Part shown: piece after piece, positions 16,701-26,422 of the stretch
How the letters are laid out: each line of letters starts with the position of its first letter
Position numbering within the stretch: the stretch's first letter is position 1
NCBI GenBank assembly: GCA_019752815.1
Contig: JAIELQ010000006.1
Location: 1,577-65,576 of the forward strand
Source: Patescibacteria group bacterium
GTDB taxonomy: Bacteria > Patescibacteriota > Minisyncoccia > Phycocordibacterales > UBA918
Direction: 5' to 3'
Length of the DNA: 64,000 nt
The notes under the pieces: generated by a model
Seen by the model: the letters and a program-made list of their open reading frames with translations, nothing else
Told to the model about the DNA's origin: nothing
Databases searched by the model: none
Program-made: the position numbers and the translations under genes

Positions 16701-16886
16701 TTTACTGTATCGCAATAAAACATCATATAGTCAATAAGATAAACTTTATTGTGACTCCTCATACAACCGAAGTCGCTAGCGTTGGTTTAGTGCCAGTCAC
16801 AATGTAATCACGGGTGTTCATAGTGTGGGCAAAATCTTGAGTGCAATCATAGTATCATAGAGGTATCTGGTTAATTTTATAAAGTA

Positions 16887-17594
16887 ATGCTTTCAATTTT
16901 TCCACAACATATAAAAACGCATCAAGCGGTTTTATGTATCGCTATTGTTTTTGTAATTGCAGTTTTAGTCAGTGTCGCTATTTCTGGGTCGACTGCTCCG
17001 TCCACTTTTTTTATGAAAAATTCAAATACAGTCAGTGAATCGCTTGGTAGTCAATCGTTATCTACTGTCGTCCCGCGCACACATACCAGCAGTGAATCAT
17101 TAGAAGTTTTTCGTGTAAGTAAAGATGTGTCAGCTACTGAATTTGCTGTTTCGGGACCAAACATTAAGTTATCAAAATCAAAAGAACGTGAATTTGAAAA
17201 AAAACGCCAAGAAAAACTATCAGCTAGTCTTTGGTCAGACCAGCCGGGAATGGTTGTTGGTAGAGTAGTTAATATGGATGAACAGATTACTGAAGAACCG
17301 GTAGCAGAAGAGCTGCTTGTCTCGGAACCGAATATCACTAACATTTTTAATGCTGAAGATGATGATTTTCTAGGTATCAGCTCGTCTGCTTCAGTAGACA
17401 GTAATGCTACGCCGGAGGTCATGGATCATCAAGCTACTTTATCGCTTGAGCAAAATGTAGACACCGCTTCGTCGACGATTGAATCGAGTGAGAATACTTT
17501 TACAGAGAATGCTACAACGACTGCTCCTGTACTGACTAATGAGTCGGAGGAAGAGTCTTTCATCGAAATGATACCAGAAATCCTGCCGATATAA
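16887..17594 (+). CDS. hypothetical membrane-anchored Ser/Thr/Glu-rich protein
   Basis: N-terminal TM, low-complexity acidic body; directly upstream of the giant surface-protein gene. Confidence 0.4.
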   Translation: MLSIFPQHIKTHQAVLCIAIVFVIAVLVSVAISGSTAPSTFFMKNSNTVSESLGSQSLSTVVPRTHTSSESLEVFRVSKDVSATEFAVSGPNIKLSKSKEREFEKKRQEKLSASLWSDQPGMVVGRVVNMDEQITEEPVAEELLVSEPNITNIFNAEDDDFLGISSSASVDSNATPEVMDHQATLSLEQNVDTASSTIESSENTFTENATTTAPVLTNESEEESFIEMIPEILPI

Positions 17595-17671
17595 AGTAAG
17601 GTAGAGCCATAAGTGCCAATTGAGCCAATAACGTACGTGGCGTGTTATAGCCAGGTTCGAGCTGGTCTTAG

Positions 17672-20600
17672 GTGCACTGTAGTATACTAATTTATATGTC
17701 GTTGTGTATCGACGCAGGGGTTGCAAAACTTGCTCAATTAACCCAAAAAAAATCAGTAAAAATTATTGGAGTAGGATTATTTCTCCTGGTAGTTCTTGCG
17801 ACGCTCATGTTTGGTACTCAGTTTTCTACAGCCGGACACCAATTTTCAAGTGGGTCAGGCACGGCTGCTGATCCGTATGTAATCGCTGATTGTACCGAAT
17901 TACAGTCTATAGATGACGAACCAGAAAATTTATACGCCCACTATATCCTTGCGGGAGATATCGACTGTTCGGGTATACCGTCTTTTGAAACAATTGGAAA
18001 TTACAACGATTTTACCGATACCTATGCACCGTTTCGGGGTTGGCTTGATGGGCAAGGGTACACAATTTCTAATGTATCGGTCGGGACCGCTGGTACTGAA
18101 CATAACGGAATATTTGCATCAATCCAAGGGGCGTCGATTAGAAATCTTAGACTCGATACTATCACTGTCAACGGCTCATCGTATTTAGGAGCGTTAGCGG
18201 GTGAGGCGGATCATTCTGCCTTGATAGGAATTTCAGTGACGAACTCTACCATCACGTCTCAAAATTCTGGCAGTATATATGTTGGTGGCCTAGTGGGGCT
18301 AGCGCTCACGAGTAGTTTTTATGGAATCTCGGTTGCTACTACAACGGTCACAACTGCCTTTTCTTCACCAACTACAAACGTACACGTGGGAGGAATTGCT
18401 GGAAATATTAACGGATTTTCCACTATAGAACGATCGATGTCTCAGGCCACTGTTACAGCTAATGTGTCAGCGGTGGGTGGTTTGGTTGGAAGTATCTCAT
18501 ATGCTTCAACCATTACAAATTCCTACTCTACGGCTGTAGTGAGTGGTTACAATCGAGTGGGGGGAATTACGGGGGCGTTTGACACCAGGGGAATTGATTC
18601 ATATATCGACTCCACCTACTCAGATGCGAGTACCACTGCCACCTTTATAAATGCTAATGTGGGTGGTATTAACGGTGGTTTAATTGGGGTCTCGACGGCA
18701 GATTTACATATCTCAAATTCTTTTGTAGTAGGGAGAGTGAGTAGTACCACCTTAAGTGGTGGTATTTCAGGAGTATCATCTTCAAACTTAAGTAACACGG
18801 TATATTACCCAGCTGGTACCAATCAAACCAGATGTACTGGTGGTGGAGCCTCGTATACTGCTTTGGAATGTACTACTAACAACTCGAGCGCGTACTATAA
18901 TTCAAGTGTAAATGAACCTCTGGCACAATGGGATTTTACCAATGTGTGGTCTGAGGTGTCGGGAGCTCGCCCTAGCCTCAATGTATTCCCGTACACTGAG
19001 CCAATCGGGGCAACCTCAATTACTACGTGTGCTGATCTCTCCCAAGCTGTTAAAGCCAATCCGGTTGGATGGTTTCTGTTAGGTAATAATGTCGATTGTA
19101 CTGTCGGCGTAGATAATATTCCGTTAAATGGAAATGTGGTTAACAACCCGCCGTTTCATGGAATTTTAGATGGGCAAGGATTTACCATTTCTGGTATTGC
19201 TGCGACGCGTACCAGTGCGACACAGTATCAAGCTGGACTTGGTCTGTTTAGTCGGTTGTACGGTGCCACGATTAGAAACGTAAATCTCGACGGCGGCGGA
19301 GTGACTGCACTTAGTGTTGATGTTGATCGGGTCGGGGGATTGGCTGGTACTGGTATGGCGGTCATGGTAAATAATGCCACGAGTTCTGTACCAGCCCGAA
19401 CCGGGGGGCAATTTGGTGGGGGTCTCATTGGGTATGGTTCAGGAGAATTTACGAATATTTCTGTTTCGGCTGATGTCGATTCCGTATTGGCGTCCTCTGA
19501 GTGTATGGGAGGTATCGTTGGTTGTGGTGGTGGGTTCATCAACATGGAAACAGTGTCCTACACTGGGTCGGTTACTGGGTACAACTTTGTCGGGGGAATC
19601 CTTGGGGTCGGTAGTTTTTTTCTAATTAATAATGCAACTTCCTCCGGAACCCTGACTGCGGGAGGTATCAGTGGAGGAATAGTGGGTGACTCAAATGGTA
19701 GCTTTGAGCTAACTTCAGTCATCGATCGTTCCTTTTCAAACATGGACATTTCACCTAATTACGCGGTTGATGCGAGCTTGGGTGTGGTTGGCGGGGTTGT
19801 TGGTAGTGCGGGTGGAGTCAGTATCATAAATAGTCGTTTTGCCGGTAGTATCAATATTGGGTTGGGGTATTCAACTTCAATTGGGGGCATTGCGGGGTAT
19901 ATTGGAACGAATGTGGAAGGTACACCATCAATGATTGCGAGCTCTTCGGTTAATGCCGTTATTACTTCAGTGGGAGATGGTACTAACCCGTTTATAGAAA
20001 ATATCGGTGGCTTAGTTGGAGATGCTGATGCTGTGGTGATAAGTACGAGCACTGCTTCTACTACCATGAGATTTGGTAGTGACACTGTAACAAATTATAT
20101 TAGTTCATTTTATAACATTGGCGGTTTGGTTGGGAATGGAGGTGGTCTCATGCAGATAAATAATGTAGAGACCCGTGGATCAATTACTGTTTATGAAGAT
20201 ACAACAGGTTCTACTGGATATGGGTACGGACTTGGTGGCTTCTTTGGCGCTTCGTACAATCCATCGCGTATCAGTAATGCTACTTCAAGTATCGATTTGT
20301 TGCTGTATTCGTATCAACCCGGAGGGGTGGGTAATTTTGCTGGTGAAATAATCAATGCCACTACTACTAATATTGTGACAACCGGTGCTATTACCATTGA
20401 CGCTGCTGATTACCCGTATAATGTCGGCGGCTTTGTCGGGTACGCTAACAATTTAATCGTTGGTACAACGACGGTATTAAGTGACCTCATGCTCACTGAT
20501 ACGGCTGGTTCCTACTCAGTGGCGGGATTTGCTGGCTATCTAAACAACTCGTCGGTATATACCACGTTTACTGATAGTATGATCACGATAAATTCCGGAA

Positions 20601-23600
20601 ATGCCTTTTCTACTGGTGCTTATTATATTGGTGGTTTCCTCGGTCGATCAGTCGGGAGCAACTTAACTGATACGTACGCCTCAACATCAATCACAGTGAC
20701 TTCGGTGGCACTAAATGCGCTCGCTGCTTCAGATATTGGTGGTTACGTGGGCGGGTTATTGGGTGGAACTAATACCATTACGAATGCCTATTCTTCTGGC
20801 GCACTCACACTGATTGCTAGTAGCACTGCTCCATATCAAAATGTGGGTGGGTTTATTGGTGCTTCGGAGAGTAATTTAAATAGTATTTCCAATACATTTA
20901 CGGTCAGTGCCATTTCTAGTTTGGCGTCTTCAACCCGAGTCGGCGGGTATATAGGTACATACGTTGGTGGGGAAACGTTTGCTGATAATCGGTACGATGT
21001 AACCCGAACAACGCGCACGCTTTGTTCAGGTATTGATGGGGTAGACCCGCTCTGGTGTAGTGCACAAAATATCGCCAACAGCACACCAACGTATTTCTAC
21101 ACCGCCACTAATCCACCACAATCTACTTGGAACTTTTTAGACATTTGGCTTGAACACCCAGATACGTACCCAACGTTTGGTGTTGGTGTTCCCGTGGGTA
21201 GCAGCACGCCGGCCACTGTCTCAACCCAAGCTGGGGTAGCGACGACGACAGAAACTAGTGCCGAGGTAGTCGGGGAGATCACCGATGTGGGAAGTGGAAC
21301 GGTGACAGAACGAGGGTTTGTATACGGAACGACGACATCACTTGGAGCGACAACGACGCAAACCAGTCTTGGCTACAGCACGGGGGCATTTACAGAAACA
21401 GTATCTGGATTAACGTGTGCTACCGCCTATTTTTTTGCGGCCTATGCGTCTGGTACTGAAGGGGTAGCATATGGTTCTACTGAGACATTTGTAACTAGTG
21501 CCTGCGCGGTCCCACCGCTCGCTACGTCCACCCCGCCAACGAACAATTCATCAGGTGGTAGTGCAACTCGAAATAGCGGCGACCGTGAGATAGTGATCCG
21601 TATTTGTCAGGTTACCAGAACAACATCTACGGGAGAGTTCATCTATGCTTCTCAAGATATAACGACCGTTGATGCGGAAGGTGTCCTCTTTGATGATACC
21701 GAAACCAAGTACCGTAATGCCATCATCCCTGCCTTTAGTTATCGTGTAGACGGCGAGCTCAAAACTTACTCCGGAAAAAATTTGAGTTCTGAAAATAATG
21801 TAATCTACAGCAATAATTGTATCCGCCCGACCGTGCCGGCAGTGGTTGCGGTGTCACCGCTACCTCAGAGTAATGTGCCCGTGATGGCTCCGCTCGTGCC
21901 ACCAAAGGAGATAGTTCCCTGTGATCCAAAAAATCTGCAAACCGTAATTACCTCTGCGCTCGGTAACGAAACTACTGTCAGTATAATGGTTCCCGCTAAC
22001 AGTATTTCTTCTACTCAGTTGAATGCCGCCGGTCGTGCTGAGTTTGAGGTGCTTCTCACCACGGCTGCAGTCGATGCGAACGTCGCCGCTGCCAAAAGTG
22101 CAAATTTCACTAACCTCTTGCTCAGTTTAATGAACACCGAAGGGAACACTTCGTCCATCGTGGTAAATGACATTGATACCCCATACAATCCACCTCTGCC
22201 AGCTGGTGTACGGAGGAATGAAAATGCAGTCAATGGGGTAGTAGAGTTTGTTAGTAGTGGTCCATGTACGCCGAGTCGGGCGACAGTACAAAATCCTCCC
22301 GCACGGCCAATCGTACCACCGGTTGCTGTTACCGTAACAAGTAGGATTATTGGGGAACAGATTTTGACTATTCTTGATGAAATTGACGTGACAGAGGCGA
22401 CTCTCCTCACTGAACCGTTTGTAATTACGGCCGCTGACGAACAAGGGAATTCTATAGAAGTATTTGATAAGCCATTTCCGGTAACGATTTCGAACCCGAA
22501 CGTGCGTACGGATGATGCGTATATCTATATCGTTAAACTCGATCGTGATAACGCTACGTGGTTTGAAGTGCCCTACGTCAGTGATGGTAATAACATTCGA
22601 ATTACGATTGAACAACCAGGAGAGTATTTTGTTTGGCTTTTGCCCAAGAAAGCCAATGCCTTTTCTGGCACGATTGAACCGGTGTCTAATCAGCCGTGGT
22701 TGGACTTCACGTTGCCTGGTTGGCTGATGTGGTTACTAACGCTGCTCGGACTAACAGCTGGAGTCGTTATGTTCCTTGGATTTATTTCTAAAATTCCTTT
22801 TTCGGTTACCAATGGACGCCCAATTGTTACGCAGGCTAGCCGTAATGTTTTTGGATTACTTGTCTTTAGAAAAAAAATTCAACCGTGGGGCACTATTTAT
22901 GATAGTGAAACAAAAGCGCCGCTTGATCCAGCGTACGTGGAGCTATTTGATGAAGCAGGTGTAAAAAGAAATGAAGCCATTACCGACCTTGATGGTAGGT
23001 ATGGATTCTTGGTCCCGCCGGGAGTCTATACCATGAATGTACGCAAATCTAATTACGTGTTTCCGTCTATTAAATTGCAGTCAGCTACCCGAGATATTAT
23101 CTATACTAATCTCTATCACGGCGGCCCAGTGACTGTTTCCGAAGCGGTCGCCTGTGACATTCCGATGGATGCGGTTGTGTTTGATTGGAACCAATACGAA
23201 AAACTTCGTACGAAACAAACTATTTTCTTCAGCCGACTCGATGTGGTAGTGGTGCAGGTACTGGATATTTTGTTCTTTGTAGGAGCGGTGGCTATGGTTC
23301 TGCAGTTTATGAATGCTATGAATATAGTGACTGGTATCCTCGCAATCATATATCTATTTTTATTTGTGATGCGTATCTATAGTGGTAAGCCAGCTTTGTA
23401 TGGTGTGGTTACCGAAGGTGGTAAGCCGTTGTCACATGCCGTAATAAAAATATACCAACAGGGTAGAGAGGTGGCTTCACGTATTACTGATGACAAAGGC
23501 AGATATATCGCCCTTGTTAACCCTGGAAGATACGAAGTGAGAATTGAAAAGCGTGTCAGTCAAGATCGGTTTGAAACGGTGTTAGAGCAAGCAGTAAAAT

Positions 23601-23650
23601 CAAAAAATGGGATGCTAAACGTCTGGCTTAAAGTTCCGGTCGGAAATTAG
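17672..23650 (+). CDS. giant (1992 aa) cell-surface protein with dozens of GLUG-type repeats, TM helices and two C-terminal CarboxypepD_reg-like domains
   Basis: N-terminal signal-anchor; about 30-40 repeats centred on VGGLVG/IGGIAG/VGGFVG (GLUG motif); C-terminal TM segments at about 1700 and 1880 flanking Cna-B/CarboxypepD_reg-like units (DxDGRYGFLVPPGVYTMNVRKSNY; TDDKGRYIALVNPGRYEVRIEK). Confidence 0.8.
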   Translation: MHCSILIYMSLCIDAGVAKLAQLTQKKSVKIIGVGLFLLVVLATLMFGTQFSTAGHQFSSGSGTAADPYVIADCTELQSIDDEPENLYAHYILAGDIDCSGIPSFETIGNYNDFTDTYAPFRGWLDGQGYTISNVSVGTAGTEHNGIFASIQGASIRNLRLDTITVNGSSYLGALAGEADHSALIGISVTNSTITSQNSGSIYVGGLVGLALTSSFYGISVATTTVTTAFSSPTTNVHVGGIAGNINGFSTIERSMSQATVTANVSAVGGLVGSISYASTITNSYSTAVVSGYNRVGGITGAFDTRGIDSYIDSTYSDASTTATFINANVGGINGGLIGVSTADLHISNSFVVGRVSSTTLSGGISGVSSSNLSNTVYYPAGTNQTRCTGGGASYTALECTTNNSSAYYNSSVNEPLAQWDFTNVWSEVSGARPSLNVFPYTEPIGATSITTCADLSQAVKANPVGWFLLGNNVDCTVGVDNIPLNGNVVNNPPFHGILDGQGFTISGIAATRTSATQYQAGLGLFSRLYGATIRNVNLDGGGVTALSVDVDRVGGLAGTGMAVMVNNATSSVPARTGGQFGGGLIGYGSGEFTNISVSADVDSVLASSECMGGIVGCGGGFINMETVSYTGSVTGYNFVGGILGVGSFFLINNATSSGTLTAGGISGGIVGDSNGSFELTSVIDRSFSNMDISPNYAVDASLGVVGGVVGSAGGVSIINSRFAGSINIGLGYSTSIGGIAGYIGTNVEGTPSMIASSSVNAVITSVGDGTNPFIENIGGLVGDADAVVISTSTASTTMRFGSDTVTNYISSFYNIGGLVGNGGGLMQINNVETRGSITVYEDTTGSTGYGYGLGGFFGASYNPSRISNATSSIDLLLYSYQPGGVGNFAGEIINATTTNIVTTGAITIDAADYPYNVGGFVGYANNLIVGTTTVLSDLMLTDTAGSYSVAGFAGYLNNSSVYTTFTDSMITINSGNAFSTGAYYIGGFLGRSVGSNLTDTYASTSITVTSVALNALAASDIGGYVGGLLGGTNTITNAYSSGALTLIASSTAPYQNVGGFIGASESNLNSISNTFTVSAISSLASSTRVGGYIGTYVGGETFADNRYDVTRTTRTLCSGIDGVDPLWCSAQNIANSTPTYFYTATNPPQSTWNFLDIWLEHPDTYPTFGVGVPVGSSTPATVSTQAGVATTTETSAEVVGEITDVGSGTVTERGFVYGTTTSLGATTTQTSLGYSTGAFTETVSGLTCATAYFFAAYASGTEGVAYGSTETFVTSACAVPPLATSTPPTNNSSGGSATRNSGDREIVIRICQVTRTTSTGEFIYASQDITTVDAEGVLFDDTETKYRNAIIPAFSYRVDGELKTYSGKNLSSENNVIYSNNCIRPTVPAVVAVSPLPQSNVPVMAPLVPPKEIVPCDPKNLQTVITSALGNETTVSIMVPANSISSTQLNAAGRAEFEVLLTTAAVDANVAAAKSANFTNLLLSLMNTEGNTSSIVVNDIDTPYNPPLPAGVRRNENAVNGVVEFVSSGPCTPSRATVQNPPARPIVPPVAVTVTSRIIGEQILTILDEIDVTEATLLTEPFVITAADEQGNSIEVFDKPFPVTISNPNVRTDDAYIYIVKLDRDNATWFEVPYVSDGNNIRITIEQPGEYFVWLLPKKANAFSGTIEPVSNQPWLDFTLPGWLMWLLTLLGLTAGVVMFLGFISKIPFSVTNGRPIVTQASRNVFGLLVFRKKIQPWGTIYDSETKAPLDPAYVELFDEAGVKRNEAITDLDGRYGFLVPPGVYTMNVRKSNYVFPSIKLQSATRDIIYTNLYHGGPVTVSEAVACDIPMDAVVFDWNQYEKLRTKQTIFFSRLDVVVVQVLDILFFVGAVAMVLQFMNAMNIVTGILAIIYLFLFVMRIYSGKPALYGVVTEGGKPLSHAVIKIYQQGREVASRITDDKGRYIALVNPGRYEVRIEKRVSQDRFETVLEQAVKSKNGMLNVWLKVPVGN

Positions 23651-23673
23651 ATTATTGTGGTACCATAGAACAT

Positions 23674-24114
23674 ATGTCTGATTTAAATAAAGTAGAAGCA
23701 GCAATTGCTACCTTCGAACAAAAATCGTTAGGTGAGGTAAAGGTCTTAATGGTGGAAGACGATCCTTTCTTGTCAGAGATGGTGTTAACTAAATTGTCAG
23801 CCGAAGGGTGTATTCCGTATTCAACCGCTGATGGGAGTGAGGCGCTTGGTCTTATTGAGCAATTTCGTCCACATGTTGTTCTGCTTGATCTGATGTTGCC
23901 AGGGATGTCGGGAGAAGAAATATTACAGCAACTCAAAACAAATCCAGAATTAAAAGATATTCCAGTAGTTATTTTTTCTAATAAAAGTGAGGAAGAGGGA
24001 ATTAGAGAAAGTTTAAATAATGGCGCTGCGCGGTACCTTGTTAAATCAGCCACTGACATCCAAAAGTTACCGGGTATTTTGGCTGAAGTAGTAGCCGAGA
24101 GTAAGAAAATTTAG
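23674..24114 (+). CDS. stand-alone response-regulator receiver (CheY-like) domain protein
   Basis: KVLMVEDDPFL ... VVLLDLMLPGMSGEEI ... K receiver signature; no output domain. Confidence 0.8.
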   Translation: MSDLNKVEAAIATFEQKSLGEVKVLMVEDDPFLSEMVLTKLSAEGCIPYSTADGSEALGLIEQFRPHVVLLDLMLPGMSGEEILQQLKTNPELKDIPVVIFSNKSEEEGIRESLNNGAARYLVKSATDIQKLPGILAEVVAESKKI

Positions 24115-24120
24115 TTACAA

Positions 24121-24150
24121 AAAAAACACTCTCCCCGAGAGTGTTTTTTT
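24121..24150 (+). terminator. intrinsic terminator
   Basis: AAAAAACACTCTC-cccg-AGAGTGTTTTTTTG. Confidence 0.7.
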
Positions 24151-24236
24151 GTTGCTCATTGGCGGCTACTGGGAATTGGTCAGGAGTCGATTTGAAACAT
24201 CGTCGCAAAGCTCCTTGTTTCAATATCGCTCACGAC

Positions 24237-24310
24237 CCTGACTCGACTATGGCAAAGCCATATGTCTGCGTCTTTCGATTCTCTCCGCAAGCAAAGCAGT
24301 TTGCTTGCTC
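24237..24310. repeat. family-C structured repeat (copy 2), adjacent to the tRNA-His 3' end
   Basis: GACTCGACTATGGCAAAGCCATATGTCTGCGTCTTTCGATTCTCTCCGCAAGCAAAGCAGTTTGCTTGCTC. Hairpin ATGGC-aaa-GCCAT replaces GTCGC-aaa-GCGAC of copy 1. Confidence 0.6.
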
Positions 24311-24353
24311 TAGCCGCCCATACGCAAAAATCCCCAAAGGGGGATTTTGCTCC

Positions 24354-24427
24354 TGGGCGGCTAGAGAGAATCGAACTCTCGATACCGGTTCCACAAACCG
24401 GAGTTTTACCACTAAACTATAGCCGCC
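24354..24427 (-). tRNA. tRNA-His(GTG) with G-1
   Basis: Reverse complement GGCGGCTATAGTTTAGTGGTAAAACTCCGGTTTGTGGAACCGGTATCGAGAGTTCGATTCTCTCTAGCCGCCC. Anticodon loop TTGTGGA. Confidence 0.8.
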
Positions 24428-24568
24428 ATTTTGACCTTGGGAGCGGAGCTCCTCGGTGCACACTGTTATACCTATTTTTTATGTAAAAGTCGAGTGGTGA
24501 CTACGGTAAGGCTAGAAAATAACAATTTATCTTGTATACTCATAGGTATATGAATCAAGAAACATTGC

Positions 24569-25786
24569 TTGTGGGGTTGTTTTTTATCTTTATGTTGGGG
24601 GCGGGAATTGGGTTTTATATTGCTAAAATGGTCTACTAGAGTTGGGTATATGACAACTCTTTTAGTCCGTAGTTTTTTTCTCCTCCTGTGTATATTAGTG
24701 CCAGCCGGATTGCAGGCTCAAGAAGTACATCAAGAACTGCAAGAAACCGTTAAGGCTAAGGTACTCGAAATTGTTGAACAGTCTGATCGGCAAATCATGG
24801 GGACTGATGCTACAACGACGGTGCAGACGCTGCGAATAGAGTTGCTGGCGGGCGAGAAGGTAGGACAGGTGATGTCGCTTGATAACGACATTATGGTCCT
24901 TGAGGTCGGTGATGTCATTTTTGTAAACCGATTAGTGGCGATTGATGATACGGAGTACCTGACATTCAAAGATATTGAGCGGCGACCACAGCTGTTTTGG
25001 ATGGCCTTGCTTATGGTTGCGCTGGTAATTGGATTTTCAGGCTGGCAGGGGATGCGAGCACTTATTAGTTTAGGATTGAGCATTTTCGCCATTATATTTT
25101 TACTCGTACCGGCGTTGCTCGCAGGGTATGAGCCGGCCCTCGTTAGTTTAGTCATTGCCGGTGTGATATTAGCCTCGTCACTCTTTTTGACACATGGTTT
25201 TAAACCCCGGGTGACGATTGCGTTTATCGGAACATTTAGTGCGGTCGGGGTAACGTGTTTGCTCGCGTGGTTATCGGTTGACTGGTTGCGTCTAACGGGG
25301 TTTGGGTCTGATGCGTCGGTGTATTTGAATTTCTCAACTGGTGGGACCCTCGATATCGCTGGGCTACTGCTCGGGAGTATTATCATCGGACTCCTTGGGG
25401 TGCTCGACGATGTATCGATTACCCAAGCGTCAGTCGTTCAAGAACTCAGGCGAGCCAATCTAGAATTGTCACCGTTTGAATTGTATAAGCGAGCAATTAA
25501 CGTTGGGCGGGACCATGTGGGGTCACTCGTAAATACTTTGGCGCTCGCGTACCTCGGTACCGCCTTGCCCCTCGTGATGTTTTATTCCCGGGCAAACGCT
25601 GATTTCTGGCAATCAGTTAATCAAGAAGTAATCGCGGCCGAAATATTACGTATTATCATCGGTAGTATTGGTCTTATATTAGCGGTTCCGTTCACAACAG
25701 CTGTGGCAGCTTGGTATTTTGGAAACAGGGAAGTGAGTGTTGATCACGACCATGAGCACGGTCATCACCACCATCATTCACATTAA
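24569..25786 (+). CDS. YibE/F-like polytopic membrane protein with extracytoplasmic N-domain and His-rich C-terminus (true start probably at the MTTLLV signal peptide near 24647)
   Basis: Signal peptide, then a roughly 100-aa soluble domain, then 6-7 TM helices; C-terminus HDHEHGHHHHHSH. Confidence 0.45.
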   Translation: MWGCFLSLCWGRELGFILLKWSTRVGYMTTLLVRSFFLLLCILVPAGLQAQEVHQELQETVKAKVLEIVEQSDRQIMGTDATTTVQTLRIELLAGEKVGQVMSLDNDIMVLEVGDVIFVNRLVAIDDTEYLTFKDIERRPQLFWMALLMVALVIGFSGWQGMRALISLGLSIFAIIFLLVPALLAGYEPALVSLVIAGVILASSLFLTHGFKPRVTIAFIGTFSAVGVTCLLAWLSVDWLRLTGFGSDASVYLNFSTGGTLDIAGLLLGSIIIGLLGVLDDVSITQASVVQELRRANLELSPFELYKRAINVGRDHVGSLVNTLALAYLGTALPLVMFYSRANADFWQSVNQEVIAAEILRIIIGSIGLILAVPFTTAVAAWYFGNREVSVDHDHEHGHHHHHSH

Positions 25787-25821
25787 TTTGGTATACTAGA
25801 AGCATTTAATCAACGTAATTA

Positions 25822-26211
25822 TTGTATATGAAAGATTTTATCGAGGAATTCAAAGCGTTTGCAATGAAGGGAAATGTTATTGATTTAGCGGTAGCGGTGG
25901 TAATTGGAGCTGCATTTGGAAAAATTGTAGCGTCTTTAGTAGAAAACATTATTATGCCTGCTATTGGGATTATCCTCGGTGGGGTTGATTTTACAACCTG
26001 GTCACTTTCGGTCGGGGACGCAGAGATTACCTACGGAGTATTTATTCAAAGCGTCTTTGACTTTACGATTATTGCCTTTGTGATATTCCTCGTCGTGCGT
26101 GCCCTGTCACGATTTAAAAAGAAAGAATCTATTACACCGACTGTTACTCCGGAACCATCAGACGAGGTTAAGTTACTGATGGAAATCCGCGATAGTTTGC
26201 GGCGGGATTAA
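25822..26211 (+). CDS. mscL: large-conductance mechanosensitive channel MscL
   Basis: FKAFAMKGNVIDLAVAVVIGAAFGKIVASLVENIIMPAIG is the MscL TM1 signature; 129 aa. Confidence 0.85.
   Translation: MYMKDFIEEFKAFAMKGNVIDLAVAVVIGAAFGKIVASLVENIIMPAIGIILGGVDFTTWSLSVGDAEITYGVFIQSVFDFTIIAFVIFLVVRALSRFKKKESITPTVTPEPSDEVKLLMEIRDSLRRD
26173..26200 (+). repeat. 28-bp direct repeat (left copy) bracketing the DGR cassette; lies in the mscL 3' coding end
   Basis: TTACTGATGGAAATCCGCGATAGTTTGC, identical to 28921-28948. Confidence 0.8.
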
Positions 26212-26279
26212 ACATTAAATTGATTAGGAATAGGGTGTATTCACAAGCTATTGAACCATTACGGCACCCTTGCTTTTTC

Positions 26280-26299
26280 TTGAAAAACATGCTATAATA
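26280..26299 (+). promoter_or_regulatory. sigma70-like promoter for the DGR target gene
   Basis: TTGAAA - 17 nt - TATAAT. It is followed by a 5'-UTR 14-bp inverted repeat TTCGCCACAACTTG...CAAGTTGTGGCGAA at 26323-26377. Confidence 0.5.
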
Positions 26300-26422
26300 C
26301 CAGCATTGTTCTTTAGTATTTATTCGCCACAACTTGTTTCAAATAAAATTTTTAATTTGTAGCAAGTTGTGGCGAAGTCCATAAGGATTAGTTGTACAAC
26401 ATACAGAAAGTAGAGGCTTCCG

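Noticed and set aside
24730-25386. 218-aa minus ORF inside the YibE/F-like gene
   Set aside because: It is antisense to a gene with a clear signal peptide and TM-helix pattern, and it has no motifs of its own.
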